Positions 29,019 to 44,100 of a DNA stretch of 64,000 bases are shown here, one piece after another (the stretch's first letter is position 1; each line of letters starts with the position of its first letter). Under the pieces are notes generated by a model. That model had not been told where the DNA came from and made no database searches. It saw only the letters and a program-made list of their open reading frames with translations. The DNA is from Chrysomallon squamiferum (taxonomy: Eukaryota > Animalia > Mollusca). Location of the stretch: assembly GCA_012295275.1 (NCBI GenBank), contig CM022672.1, forward strand, positions 13,392,001 to 13,456,000. The letters are read 5' to 3'. A program made the position numbers and the translations under genes.

Positions 29019-30486
29019 ACTACTTCAAGAAATATTTTTACCGACACAAAACAATAAAATCTGTGATTTGTACGATAATTATTAAGGTATCAGACGATAG
29101 CTAAAAAGTTTCAGAATATGACGACGTTCGAGAGAAACCTTTATATTTAGTGAAGGAACGTCACTCCTGAAGAAAACTTAAGAGTGATATTTTTCAGTCC
29201 ACACTCTTTCGTTATGGCTGGTAGATCAGTGGCATCAATTCATCATATTATTAAAAAAAACTTGGTCTGGCTTTAAATGTAACCAGATCTGTTGCCCAAG
29301 GGTATTCCTGCGTATGTTTGTTTGTATCATATATTCAAGGGTTAGGTTTATATTCAAACTTTACCTCAGTATATCGTGCTTTACTTTTCGCTATAGTAGT
29401 GTCGAGCTCTGATTATTTCAATGTACCCGTTCATTAAATGATAATATTATAACATAAAACGCATTTACAATAACCTGTATTTATCCGGCTACTTCATTCA
29501 AATTTGGTTAATTATCGATAGAAGATCGAAATATTTTTGAGGCTATTACAATATAATAATATTTTACCTATTTAGCATACAGCTAGAGTATCTGATAAAT
29601 ATTCATGGCATGTATGGAGATTAATTTTCCAACTGATTTTTCATGTTATAAACAAAACTTGGGATGAAAAACAACCAGTTTGGGTATGAATTATGCATAG
29701 ACCAAGATAGTCAGGCATCGATAACTTGGAGTAGAATTATTTGCCCAGTAACAGAATGACTGATAATTGCCCAATAGTTCTTGGACTCTGAAGTCACGCG
29801 ACTGAGTGGTGGACGTCGATATGGACGTGTGGCTGAGAAATTGTTGCATATTTTGGATCAAGTCACACTGAACCATAGTGTACGCGTGTTATCAGAGATG
29901 CTGCTGTAGCTTCAAATTAGCGAGTTTATTAGTTGTGGGTTGTTTTTGTTGTTGTTTTTTTTACACAGTACCTAAATTAAAGGTCAAGTCACCGTTTAAC
30001 AAAGTTCTCGCACATTGAGAAACTTTCCTCAGTCGGCAAAGATAATCTGACAGATTGCTTAATGAAGATGAAAGTTACAGGACTATAGAAAACTGAGATT
30101 CTAGAATAAAAACTTCTGTAGGATCTTTTCTAGTGACGTATCTTTGGTGTCTGTCATGAAAAACTGATCAAATGAACGAAAATAACTTATGATTATCATT
30201 TCATGTAGTGATGAATGCTTCTGAATATAATTTAATTATAAAAAATATAATTCAGTTACTTGTTAATGATGGTAAATGTGAAAAGATGTGGTTTTATTTT
30301 ATCAAGACTTAGAGTAATATAGTTAGATAATAAATAATTCTGTAAAAAAAAACATTTATACCAAATATGTTCATATCATTTAGAAATGGAAATATTTTCT
30401 GAGAATTTCATTAGAAAATTGCACTGAGAGCTAATGGCGTTGAACTTCCTGTTTTACATATTTATATATTTAATTTTATTTTAAAT

Positions 30487-30529
<43 letters not shown>

Positions 30530-30796
30530 TTATTATTTTATAAGCCGATAGATGCTAATTTGGCGTCCTATGATGATTAGAGAGCTTTTATACAAATTAA
30601 ATAATTGGAGTAGGTTGCAAGTTTTATGTGACTAATGAATGCATAATTTAAACATTAGTATGTATATAAATATATATATCTATATAAATGCACAACATTG
30701 TATTCATATGGTGTACGGATGGAGTCATACTTATATATACATCATCACACTGACTTCAATATATTTTACATTTATTATTATATTATTACTATTACC

Positions 30797-30855
<59 letters not shown>

Positions 30856-32355
30856 ATTGATTTATTAGATATGTTTATATTTTATATTAAATGTTAAATC
30901 GTTTTTTGTGTTTTTTTTTTTTCTTTTTCTTTTTTTTTTTTTTTTTTGGGGTTTTTTAGTTTTTTTAATTGACTATAGTTGATGAAGTTAGTTTTTCGAA
31001 AGCTGAATGGCCAGTTATAATCAGTTATATCGAGTTAAAACGCTTGCAGTGGTTAAACGGTTCGTATATAGAGATATATATTTGATTGTATATAATATGT
31101 ATAAAGTGTTTGTACATAAGACTGTATACTATAATATTGTTGGTTAAAAAAACGTAATACTGTTCAGTATATCCTATGCAAATATTCTAATTACGAATAT
31201 TAATATTATCCAAGTTATTCTTCCAAGTTAATAAAATTAAAATTAAAAAAGAAAATTAATATCTTATAATAAAGCAAAACATTTTCAGATCATCAGCATA
31301 TCAAGATCGTTCATAGGAATACAGTGTGCTGGCCATATTCATATACAATTGAATAAATATTCTAGTAGGTAGTAAATGAATGGTTTTTGGATGTTTTAGA
31401 ACAACATATTCATCTATGATACGGAGTACACAATGCAAATGTTTAGAACTTACATGTTCCTATAACTATATCGTCAAAATTATTTAAACCCCACAGTCCC
31501 TTTTGTATGTTTTTCTTTCATTCTAAACTTTATTTTCTTCTTCTTCTTCTTACTAGTACTACTACTACTATTATTATACTATTACTACTGCCTCTACTAC
31601 TACTATACGTCTATAACTATTATCACTACCACTACCACAACTAAGTTTCTCTTCCTAGTTTTATTTTATAAACAGATTTAATATATTTATCGAAAGTGTT
31701 TTCTTTTTATAGCAAGATACATTTGTGTGGATATTTCAAAAGTGTACAAAACACATCATTGTTTAATTTAATAATAACTCGAATTTTTATATTTATACAT
31801 ACATCTGTATTTAAATGTATAGGATTTACTGAATTAAAGCAACAGACACATTCCCTGAGTTGGCTTGTCAGTGTGTTAATATATTTTATGCTGAAATAAA
31901 ATAATATATAAATAAAAAAATGTTGTCTTTGTTTTTATTTATTTTTAATAAAGGATGCCTATTCGTACCTAAGTTACACAATAGTGGGAATCTTTACTAT
32001 CTGTAAACATAAAATTATGTTTTTTCCCTTTTATTTGTTATTCTCAGCAATACTCCCGTAATTGCCATGGATTTTGACAGTTTAGACTTATAAACACATG
32101 GGATGGATATATAATTTAAGAACAGAATGGACAATATTTATCTCAGTATAACACCCTAATTACAGTGACTCGTGATCATAAAATCATAAAAAATAATTCT
32201 AAATATAATTTGTAAAAAAACTTATGTATGGGAAAACAGTTACAAATGCATCATTGTTTCAGTGTGAGATGGGAAATGAAAATATCAAGAGAATGTTTCG
32301 GTGATCGCAAAATATATATTAATAAGAACTAGTCACATGTCCTAAGAAGTAACTA

Positions 32356-32407
<52 letters not shown>

Positions 32408-32729
32408 CTGTAAACAAATAATAAATAAATTAATAAATTATCTCTTAATACATTATTGAGCACTTGCTTAAACGATCATCATTACAACCGGGTAGTTAAT
32501 TTCACTGCAAAAAAAAAAAAAAAATGAAAGGATATGTAATATGCACTGATCTGGACAAAGCAGACGAAAAAAAAAAAAAAAAAAAAAAAAGTGTTTAACG
32601 TCTGCTTCTTTTTGTTTTCTGGTTATTTATTTATTTATTTGAATTTTTTTTTTTTTTTTTGAATTGTTATTATTATTTATTGTTCAATGCGATCCTCATT
32701 ATTATTGTTATTATTATTATTATTATTTT

Positions 32730-32732
<3 letters not shown>

Positions 32733-32798
<66 letters not shown>
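32733..32798. repeat. (TC)n microsatellite
   Basis: Direct reading. Confidence 0.95.
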
Positions 32799-32802
<4 letters not shown>

Positions 32803-34049
32803 CATTTCTTACTTTTAATAGTGTGGGTTTAAATTTGAATCTTGAAATTCTTTTTTATATAAAATTGTTTAAACACTGCCAGAGATCGACTACCAAATCA
32901 CACACAAATGGATCAGATTATTTTGTACCTTGTATCATCCATATTTAACACAACGTTCCTGTATATATTTTAGTATGAAATTGTTGGTATTAAAATATTG
33001 TTGTTTTTAGTAAAACGTTGTTTTTTAAGCATGATGAATTACTTACATAATATCGAAGGGAAAATGTGTTGTTTTTTTTGCTTTGTTTTTTAACTAGCTG
33101 AAAGGAAACACTCCATAGAATAATAATAATCAATAACTCTAAAAAAACATATTACCTAATGCGGAAGTTTTATTAAGTTTCCCCGAAACAGTGACAGCAT
33201 CGATTTCCTTTCTCTCATGGAAAAAAATAAAATAAAATAAAATAAAATATATATATATATAAAAAAAAAAACATCTTCGACAAATGATAAAATTAACGTA
33301 AAGCTGGCAGAGATATTGACAAATTACATTTATTCGTTCTCTCATTTATGCCAACCTTTTCAGGATACACAATGTAACTTGAGTAACATATCCTGTTGGT
33401 TGTTTAGCTACTCTCGTAACACTTTGTTGCTAATGATAAAGTACCGCAATGAAATGACAATATACGGAAGTTGACACTTCGGATATCATTGTGATGTCAT
33501 AAGGTACATGATAATAATGCACTGATTTACCTGACCAGTCAGATTATTTATTTAGTATTTATTTATTTATTTGAAGGTTAAATTGTCAGAGATTTATAAT
33601 ATATTATGATACTTATCCATGAAAACACTAAATACAAAAGTCTAAACAGTCGAAAATAATAATAATAAAACTAAATTAAATTTTAAAAATTTGGTTGACA
33701 GTTATGAACAAATCACGTTCGCCAGGAGCATACTCAAGCTTTCATATCGAGGTTATGACTGCCGTGCATATAACTTCTTTTCTTTGATGAAGTTAATCCT
33801 TTCATCTTGTAAATGAAAATTATTTTTTAAAAACGAGGCGTCTGGAACAAATCCGGCTTCAGTAAATATCTCAAGCAGATAGAGTCGCAAAGGCATGTAT
33901 GCTATAGGAAGCATATTCAAAGGCATTTTTCCCATTCCAACTGCACGCATTCAGGTGATTTTTAAATTGTTCTTCCAACAAATGTTATACACTATTTATT
34001 TTTTATTTTATAATAATATACACACACACATATATACGTATATACACAC

Positions 34050-34134
<85 letters not shown>

Positions 34135-34271
34135 TATAATTCTCCATTTAAGTTTTAAGAACAAATGACGCTAACTCGTCTTTCAGCTTGTAAATTGGAT
34201 AGCCTTACTGTAACTAGTACATCTCGCCTCTTATAGGTGTTCAACAAGGCCACTTCGATCTCTTATTCAGC

Positions 34272-34317
34272 AGGCGGCCATTTTTGCTAGAGTTACTGCA
34301 GTTACTCTCAGAGTTAG
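34272..34317 (+). promoter_or_regulatory. probable non-coding first exon/TSS region of ZF gene A, with a YY1-type motif
   Basis: GCGGCCATTTT at 34274-34284, then donor TTAG|GTAAAG at 34317/34318; matching acceptor ttgcag at 35099 just before the ATG. Confidence 0.5.
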
Positions 34318-35113
34318 GTAAAGTTTATTTTATTCATTGTTTGAGCGTGTTATTTATTTTTATTTTGAAGAAATGTTTTGTTCATGAAATTAATGTATTG
34401 AAAAATATTATTTAGAATCTGAAGTTACAGGTTTATAGTTTATCGGATGATTTTGTGATTTCTTATCGGACATGTTATTCAACTTAGTACTTACTGATGT
34501 TAACTAAATTAAATAGTAAATCTAAAAGACCAAAAAACTAAAAAAGTAAAAGAAAATTTGATTATTATTTTCGAATTATTTGTGTAATTATATTATTATT
34601 ACATGTTTCATTTATTCAGAATCATGAGAATGAAACTCAAACTGAAAATGTGTGTGCCAACCTTTACTTGCCGTATAATATAATACTTAATAGTTACGAA
34701 TATTCAACTCCTACTTTCTAGTAGTAGTACTAGTAGTTGTACCGTAATAAGATTTTTACGTCGTAGTTTATAAGAAAACAGTTTTTATGGTATTATACAA
34801 ATATGTAATATTATCAAGTATTCTTAATGATTTAAGTTAATGTTCATGAGTAAACGTCATTCAAAATAATTATTCATAGGTTTATAATATATTCCTTTAA
34901 TATAATGAGTTTGGGTGCAATTTACTCAGTGAATAACATTAATTAGGTGTTGTATATAAAATTTCAAACATATTAATGTATTGGTTTAATGACCTAAAAA
35001 ACTAAACAAAATATATAAGTAAAATGTTAATGTATAATGCTGCATGATCTATTTAAATGATTTAGAAAAATAATATACTCATAGCTGATTTCATTGCAGT
35101 TAAAAAAAGAAAT

Positions 35114-38100
35114 ATGAATCGACCAGGGAACCGATTTAATTCAATGGGCAGTATGGGACCAGGCATTCTTGGTGATGGTCCAGGATTGCTGCCACAAGAT
35201 GGACCAGGGGCTGGTCTCCTAGGTGACCTGCCTGGAGTAGGTGGCATGCAGCAAGGCATGATGGGGAATAACAACATGGGATTGATTGGTGGTGATTTTG
35301 AGACATTGTTACAGCAGCGACAGCTGGCTCAGCAACTTAGTATGAGAGAGTCCCAGTTGGCTATGGCGACTAATATGCTGCAACAGCAAAGTCAAATGCT
35401 GGAAGGTATAGCACCTACAGGCATGGGTGGTATGGGATCTGGCAGGATGCAGAGTGGAATGATTCCATCCCTACTCGACATTCCTTCACAGCCTATGAGA
35501 AAGCGGCCTCTAGAACTCGATAGATTTGATTTTAAACGACAGAGACAGGACGAGGTAAGTTAACTGCATTATCATTGCCAAATAAGGAAACTGGGAAAAA
35601 TTTCACATATAGCTAGCATTCAGACATTGTCAACAATTACAGCAGATTCATTCTGATCTGTTATCTCACAGATAGCAGATCAGTTGTCAGTTATCACTTT
35701 TCAGATGGTGTGGTTTTAATATTTTGTTTTTTGCTACATGTGGATCAGAGAAAAGTTGGAATACCCATTTTGCTTTTTTTAAATTTAATTTTACTTTTGT
35801 TTTAGTTCATTCATCATCTTTAAATTTTTAAAATTTATTTCACTGCAGTTTCAGAATATTTTCTGATGTCTGTTCTGCTGTTCAGATTTTTCAGCTGATT
35901 ATTAAAGTTTTACTTTTATGGTCATGGTCTGAACATTCAAGGAAAAAAGTTTCTGATTCTGCATTTGTGTCTGTTAAATTTAATGCTGCAACTTTGTAGT
36001 TTTATTGTACTCTTTCAATTCACTAAAGACAGTAAGATGATACAAATCAGTATGGTATTGTGCCCAACACAGTGAAAGTAAATCTAGCTAGTCCTCTTTT
36101 TCATAGAACAGAACAATGTACATTATGGTTTTCTATTCAGAACTGAATTGCTGATAATGCTAACCACATGTACATTATTTTCAATAAGTCATCTACATTT
36201 CTGCTGAAATTTTAGTTTTAACTTCATCATTTCTGTATTAACAGATACTTCGTGAATTTCATATAAACTGCAGTTTGTGAATATAAATCTGAACTGATTC
36301 TCAGAAAATTAATTTTGTTTCACCACGAAGAAGCCCATGTGGACATAAAAAAAATGTCATTCTTCAGTTTAATTTTGACGATAAATGTTCCAGTGAATCC
36401 CTTTATATATTAACTGGAAATTTTTGAAAATGAGAATCTTGCATACGGAAATCCAATTTTCTTTTTGGCAACCATACAGTTTTTCATAACTGCAGTTTAA
36501 TTATCCAGAGCTTTAAAATGGTTGTCAAATATATGGAAATGCGTGTGGACACCAGTGTTATTCTGTTTTGAGAAAACATTCTGGAACTGAATTTTGTTTT
36601 TCCTTGTATGTGAGCACCATTTATTAAAAGATGTTCCATTTACTCTGGTATTTTCAGTGCAAATACCTGGTATGTGATTAAGCATTCTTTCTAAGCCAGA
36701 ACTAATATTGTCAGAGCTATTAAATAGATGATAAAAATATTGAATGTATTTTATATATTTTAAAGATAAAATGTAGCCCTCTAGAATTCATTCCATGGAT
36801 GTATTTTGAGGTTTAATTTCAAGAGCCTTTTAAACCAGCAAATATTCAAATGTTCTGATTTCCTGAGTTCAGCAATCCCATCAGTTCAGACATTGCTCTG
36901 TCACTTTCTGATTTTTCTGGCAACCTTTCTGACGATTTCAGTCTGGACGAATTTCAAGATGGGATCGAAATATGGAAGAAGATGGACATTTTCGCAGACG
37001 TTCACGAAGTAGAGATCGCTTCCATAGAAGGTCACTTGAAGCAGGTAACCTCAGAGATGGTTTTCTTCTGCCTTTTGAAAAATATTTAGCTTTTTCTCTT
37101 TTTTTTAAACTTTAATTTTTAAGTATTTAATTTAAAAAAAAAAAAATTGTTTTGTTTTGTTTCAATAATTCATCCTAAAGAAATTGCTTTGCTGCATACT
37201 TGTGTAAAAGGTTTTGAAGGCAGTAATAGGCATTTGTAATACATGTATTAATTACCAATTAAATAACTTTCATCAGTTTCATTCTGTTGCTTCTGCATCC
37301 CTCTCCCCTCAAAAAGTTAGCTTTATTTAAATATAATTTATTATATTTATATGAATGGAGTTTTGAAGGTTCTTCTGAAAGCTAAATTTGTGACAGCAGT
37401 CTTTATTTCTTCAGTACAAATGAAGCATAATGTATTGACAGCAAAATAATCTTTTTAGACACTGGACATTCACCAGTTAAAATTATAATTAAAATTTGCC
37501 ATTCCAAGATAGATGATTTTTTTTTTAATTTGTGTTCCACAGTATTGTAATTTGAAACAATCACAAGTAGGAGTTTCTTCAGATTCATGACTTCTGTCTG
37601 AATTTCTTTGAAAAGCAGTGCTGGGGAAATGCTTAATTCACTGATTTTCTTATGCTGGTATATCATGTATATCTTGTTTTACAGTTATTTTATTGCTATC
37701 TAATTGTAGAATCCTCTTCACCAGTTAAGACTGCTATAATCATTTTTAAAAAGTGTACCACAGTGTGTTACATTTGAAATTTCAGTCAGTCCCCTTTCCT
37801 TTCACCAACATTTGTTGTTTCACATCTATCCCTGATTTGCAGAAAAAGATGTGGCCTTGCAATTTACTTTTTAAAATTATCTTTCTGCTTAGAGGTTAAT
37901 TTGAAAATTTGATTAAAATGATTGTGTATTCATGCATTTTGTTTGTCTTTTTCTGTTAACTATTACTAATTCATGAAGAAAAGAAAAACAGTTTAAAGTA
38001 TTTATATGTTTCTATAACTTTTTTGTGTAAGACTGAGAATAAATTTGGTTTTAATTTGTGAAATTTACTAAAAATAATCTTTTGGACACCAAAGGTAAAA

Positions 38101-41100
38101 TTTAAGGATCAAATACATGGACATTCAATAACATGTTTAACATTTTTAAGCAAATGCAATATATATATATATATATACAGGTGTGTCTGTTTGATCTTAA
38201 ATGTTCTTTTCTTTGTCATGTTTGAGAGAAAAAACAGGTTTTCTTGCAATTAACATAATGGTGCATTGCATCAATTTTTTAAAAACCAGTAGTGTATGAA
38301 GAGAAATTATGAAATTGTATGAGTGAGTCAGAGGATAATTTTTATCTACCATAATCTGTAATTAATTTGATAATAATACTTTCTGCGTAAAATATCGTTT
38401 TTTTTTTATTTCTAAGCGATTATTACTTTTTATTGTTTTAGGAAGGCGTCCTTCATTATCTCCTCGGCGGGATCAAGTAGGAAACAGGGTAAGTGATGCT
38501 TCAGAATAAATTTTAAAAAAAATAATGGTCTGGGGTTTTTTTCAATGCCAGAAATGTGAGAATCCTGAAAATCTGTTTGGTTTAATATTAAATTAGATTT
38601 AAAAAAAACAAGTATTGTCAAGTTTTTATTCAAGCCATTTTTATATTTTACTGAAGTGAAGAATGCTGATAATGGAGGACTGTAATAAATATTATGATCT
38701 ATAAATTATCTGTCACTATTGCAAATACTTTTTAAATTAGTTTTTTTTATTACCAGAGAAATTAACTTACATTGTAATAATGTTGTAGTATAATTTTCTA
38801 GTTACACATGAAAACTTTTAAGAAACTTGCAAACATCAAGATGGTTTCAGTTTTCACAAGAGTGGGGAATATTAAAACAAATTATTTCAATATTTATTCA
38901 ACAACAAAAATGATTCTAATTTACTATTTAACAATTTTGAATAATATTTTATCTTATTTGTGAAACTAGTTGTAGAAAGAATAAATCTGTTCTGTTTTTA
39001 ATTCAAGTTTCATTAGCTCATAATCTGTTAACCATTCATCTGTGTATTTCAAAATTTCCATTGATTTTTATTTTTCAAATATACATTATTTATATGCATA
39101 TTACATGTGTAGTCTTGTTCATTTTATCAGCTTGGACAGGGTATTTCTGAAAGTTTAGAATCCTGTACGGCTCTAGCAACATGTATTCATTCCCAGCTTT
39201 TGGGGTTCAGGAATCTGCATTTACATCAGAATATTTCTCTATTCTTTGTTGATTCTATTGCTTTATTTACACTTGTCTGCAAAAGCACATAAACATTAAT
39301 TTCTGCATTTTCCCATTCATTCTTATTTGGAAAAGTTGATCATACCAGTCACATTTATTTTTTAATCTTTTTATCCTGCTGTCATGTTTCATTTGTCTGC
39401 AGCATCAGTTTTTCTGAAATCCAAACATTAATCAATTATTTCATTTTAGTAAATGTAAATTTTTCTATTATTGTTGTAAGTAACTCTTTCTTGGAATGTA
39501 GATATTTTATAGAGAATAATACAGAAAAGGCAGTATTACAATGGTAGTAAAGCACAATCCAATGAAACTGAATAGTGACTGAAAAACTTTAAAATCAGAA
39601 ATAACATTTTTGATTAAGTTACCTTCAGTATTTTTAAATGACATTCTAAACTGCATCATACTGTAGTATATGTTGGGAAATGATTACATATCTAGCTATC
39701 CTGTGTTGTAATCTTTAACTGGTATAAAAATCTGAAACAAAAATGACTTATTTTATAAATACATCTTCAAATAATTCAAATAATGTAATATTCGAACTAA
39801 AAAGTAAACAAACAAAACCTTTCCATTTCTTCTGAAAAAAGAACAAAAGTAATATTTAAAAACTGGAATTATCCCACTTTTTAGATTGTGTGTTTTAAAT
39901 AGAATAAATTTACTTTGATCAGATATTTTCATTCTTTGATTCTCCTGTTGACAAAAATGTTTTCTTTTAAATCTTTTCATAGGCTTGTTATCAGATAATT
40001 TAGTTTTTTCTGTCTCACAGTTTCTAAAAATAAAAGTATTTCCTAATTTATAGCAGAATAGCAGATGGGTTTTGCATAGCTTTGCTCCTATGCACATTGG
40101 TTGTTAGGAATAGGTTAGTCTGTATTATTTATACAGAATAGATAGCTTGCTCTTATTTTACATTACATTTTTTTTTTTTTTTTTCCATCCTTTTTATTTT
40201 CTTTCTGCCAAGTGCATCACTTGCATATGGACAATTGTTATTTCTTTCTTTACATGACCTATGTTTTCTCCAGTCTGGTTTGAGGAATAATGGTCAATCA
40301 TCATATTTCTGCCATCTCTGCAAACTGGATTGCCGAAATGACCAGGTATCATGTTTTCTCTATTTCCTCTTTTTCCAGTCTATTTGACCTTTCCTCTAAA
40401 CAAATTTTTGCAAGGTACTTTTTTGATTCATTGAATTTTCTTTACATTTTATTTTTCACTTGGGATTTGTTTTGTTTCAATGAATTTTTTTTTCACTTGC
40501 AATTTTTTTTGTTTTCATTAAAAATTATTCATGAAAGATTTTTTAACTTCATTATAAATTCTTCTGGAATCAGTTCTGTATTATCTTAGAATTTAAATGC
40601 TTTGCTCCATCTCTTTATTCTAAAAAAAAGTCACTATAATTTTCTGTCATAGTTCATTTTTAATGTTCTGCATTGAAGAAATGTTTCTTCAGAAATATTT
40701 TAAGAAGTCATTGGTTTTATTTTAAATGGTGGTGAATTACCATCAAGGTTGAGATGATAATACTGTATAATGGTAGAAGCCATGGTTCATGTCTCATTGT
40801 ATTTTCTGTTTTGAAATGCTTTTCTTCATCTGCTAAAAATTGATTCTTTAGTCTATTAAGCCTATCAATTAGGTATTGTTATTTATTTATTTATTTATTT
40901 AAAGCAATGTGATCAGTGCTACATAGACTTTATTTTTGTTGTGTCAGGAATATCAAATTCTGATGAACTTGTTTTATTGCTTTCTTTAAAAACTGCTTTC
41001 TATTAACTAGGTATTGTTATTTATTTATTTATTTATTTATTTAAAGCAAAATGATCAGTGCTACATAGATTTTATTTTTGTTGTGTCAGGAATATCAAAT

Positions 41101-44100
41101 TCTGATGAACTTGTTTTATTGCTTTCTTTAAAAACTAAACATATATTTATATTACTATTATTTTATTTTATTTTTATAATAAAAGTTGGTTGTTGAAACA
41201 TTATTGAAATAGTTATGTTATACCCAACATTTACTAGAGTCAGCTCAGAACAAGATAAATTCATTGAGTCACTTAGTATTATAATTTATACTGATAATAA
41301 TGGAATATTTGTTACAAATTATGTTCAAAATATATTTTTAAAAATATTTTTGTTTTGTTTTGTTTTTGTTGAATGACCAATCAACCCCATAAAATATTTA
41401 AAGATTACATAGTATTCATAAAAAAATACCTAAACATACATGTATTTCTAAATGAAAGGGATAATAAAGCACAAAACTTCATACTGAGTTTTACGGTTTT
41501 TTGAATGTATACAGCTTCTTCTAAATTCATCATAATTTTCTCTTTCAGATATTTTACATTATGTAGTATTACTAATACATTATATGAATTTTATGTCAGG
41601 CTTTTAAGGCACACATGCAGAGCATGAGGCACAGGGAACAGCTTGATGAAATTGGAAATCTGCACAAAAGAACATCACAGGAGATTGCTGGTCGCATCAA
41701 AGCACAAGCACATCTTAGAAAACTGGAACAGACTAACAGTACCAGGTATATTCAGTATTATAACAGGATCAGTCTCCATCATTAGGATATTTCCAGTCAA
41801 GATCGCTGACCAGTAGATTGTACAGCAAAGATTATTGGCTGCAGATGGGGGGGTGAAGTGGAGAAACTCTAATAATATAGTACATAATCAGAAATGTTCA
41901 ACATACAATAGCCTTTAGTATTATTTAACGGTATAATTATGATATTATTTAACTGTTTGCTTGTAGAATATTGTTGGAATGAATGAAAATAATTATTTTA
42001 CAAAATTAATATGAATCAGTATATGTGGTTGATACATGGTTTTAATTTTCAGGCCTGGTTTTTGCAAACTCTGTGATTCAGAAATTCCCATTTTGTTTCA
42101 ACGGCACAAACTGACAACAATACACAAGGTAAAAGTTGTCCTTTTGTTTAATTTTCTAAATCATAAAAAGTGTATTCTTTAATTTCTTAAAAGTTTCTTT
42201 TGAAATTTAATAAGAATAAAATTTCTACAGTTTTCTCCAATACTGTTCTGAAAAATATGGTTCCAGTTGGTAGTTATTAATTGTTTTATTAGTAATTCCT
42301 TGGGTGTTTTTTTTTTTAGAAAAGAGAGCAGCAAGTTCATCGTGGATGTAGTTGGTGCAATGTGAAAAATTTCAAAAATTTCACCGATGTTTTGAAGCAT
42401 AGGCAGACTAAAAAACATAAGGAGGTAAGTAAATAAGATTGTTTTGTTTACGTTAACTCATATTTTTGTTCAGCATCAAAAGAAAAATGGTAACTTTGAA
42501 ATTATCTGTAATTTAAATTAAAAAAATTCCCTGGAGACAATAAGTCATTTATTTGAATGTATATCAGAATAAATATCTTTATAAATAGTAGAATTAATGC
42601 GTATTAATGATTAAGCTATTTAAATAAGGTCATGCTAATTAAGAATTTTTAATTATGACTCAAAACACTGATTATTTGTTATAACATATAGTACTTAAAC
42701 ATTAATAAAATTTAAGAGGTCTTTTTTTAATTTTTTGTAGAATGAAAAGAAATTTGGCAAAAAGACTGAAGATACCAAGAAAGATTCTTCATTGGTATAA
42801 ATATACTTTTAGTTTAAAAATTTTTTATTATCATCAATTTTCAATCGCTGAAAGAATGTTTCTTTATCTTTAAAAAAAAGCTGTTTAATTTAATGAAAAG
42901 AAAATTGTGATGGTTCGATTAATGGTCAGATAAAGACTTTAAAAAGATGTTAAACTTTTATTTGTAATAAGTGTAAATAAAACCAAATTTTTATAATCTG
43001 AAAATTGTTTTATTAATAACTTTCTCACTCGAAATAATTTATAAGTAATTTGCTTTTACACAATTTGTTTTTAGTATGTATGTCATTTTCAATTTGATAC
43101 TTTTTTTTTGAAGAATGAAAAAAAGATTCCAAGAAGAAAGGATGATGGTGATAGGGCTAAAGATTCAACAAAGAAAGAAGAGAAAGATAAGAATGATAAA
43201 ACATCGCCAAAGAAGGAAGAGAGTGCTGATAGTAAGGAGCTATCAAGAAAAGACAACGATGATGATAAAAACAAGGACTCGTCAAGCAAGGAAAATGGTG
43301 ACACGAGCAAACAGATAGAGGAAGTAAGATTCAGCTATTCAGATTGTGATATTTTTATGATTTGTAACTTAGATAATTACTAAACTGAATACTAAACTAA
43401 ATAAAAATGTCTGGAACCAGGTTAATGGAATTTCCTTTCTCCTATTTATCATAAAACTATTCAAAATTGTAAAGACGTTGAACTGCAGTATATTGTTTAA
43501 TTAGGTTTTGTTAATTATTTATCTTTTCATAAAGTGTCCTCTTGAATAGGTGTTTGTGCATTCAGTTTATTGTAAATTTATTCATTTTATTTATTTTAGA
43601 AAGAGAGTCATCTTGAAAAAGAGACTGAAATGATTATTAATGACAAAGATGATGCTGACCCTACCTACAATTCTGAAACTGCTGTTGGTAAGACTAAAAC
43701 ATACTCTGGAAAATTAGAAATGGATTTTTCATGTACTGAAATCATCAAAGATAAAATATATAAAAGACAACTGTCATCATTCTCCATAATGTTATTAATA
43801 TTCATTACCCAAAGGGGAGAAAAAAAAAAAAAAAAAAAATGAAAAAAAACAGCTTTATCAACCATATTAAACAATTTTTTAAATTTTTTTAATTCCAGGA
43901 CAAAACTATGTCATATCGGTCACTGGGTACTTTTGCAAACTTTGCCATAAATTCTACAACAATGAAACTGCTGCCAAAGTTACACACTGCAAGTCACAGG
44001 CACATTTTGACAAGTGGAAGGTTTGTATTGTTACTTTTATTCAGACTAATTATATGACTTGTTAAATAGTTTACAGATTGGCTATTTGGAGGGGTGTTAG

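Noticed and set aside
31861-31871. 11-mer TGGCTTGTCAG shared with the protease terminal exon
   Set aside because: Too short, and the similarity does not extend; likely chance.
3457-33345. Dozens of 60-125 aa ORFs with poly-L/I/V/S/N/ER/HT tracts
   Set aside because: They are translations of microsatellites in introns and intergenic DNA, with no domain signal.
39131-39140. Possible microexon cag|cttggacagg|gt in gene A
   Set aside because: 10 nt, frameshifting, weak donor; not needed for frame continuity.
40905-41105. Duplicated RTGATCA..CTGA as a pair of C/D snoRNAs
   Set aside because: C box is mismatched, the span is short (about 56 nt), there is no terminal stem, and simple local duplication explains it.
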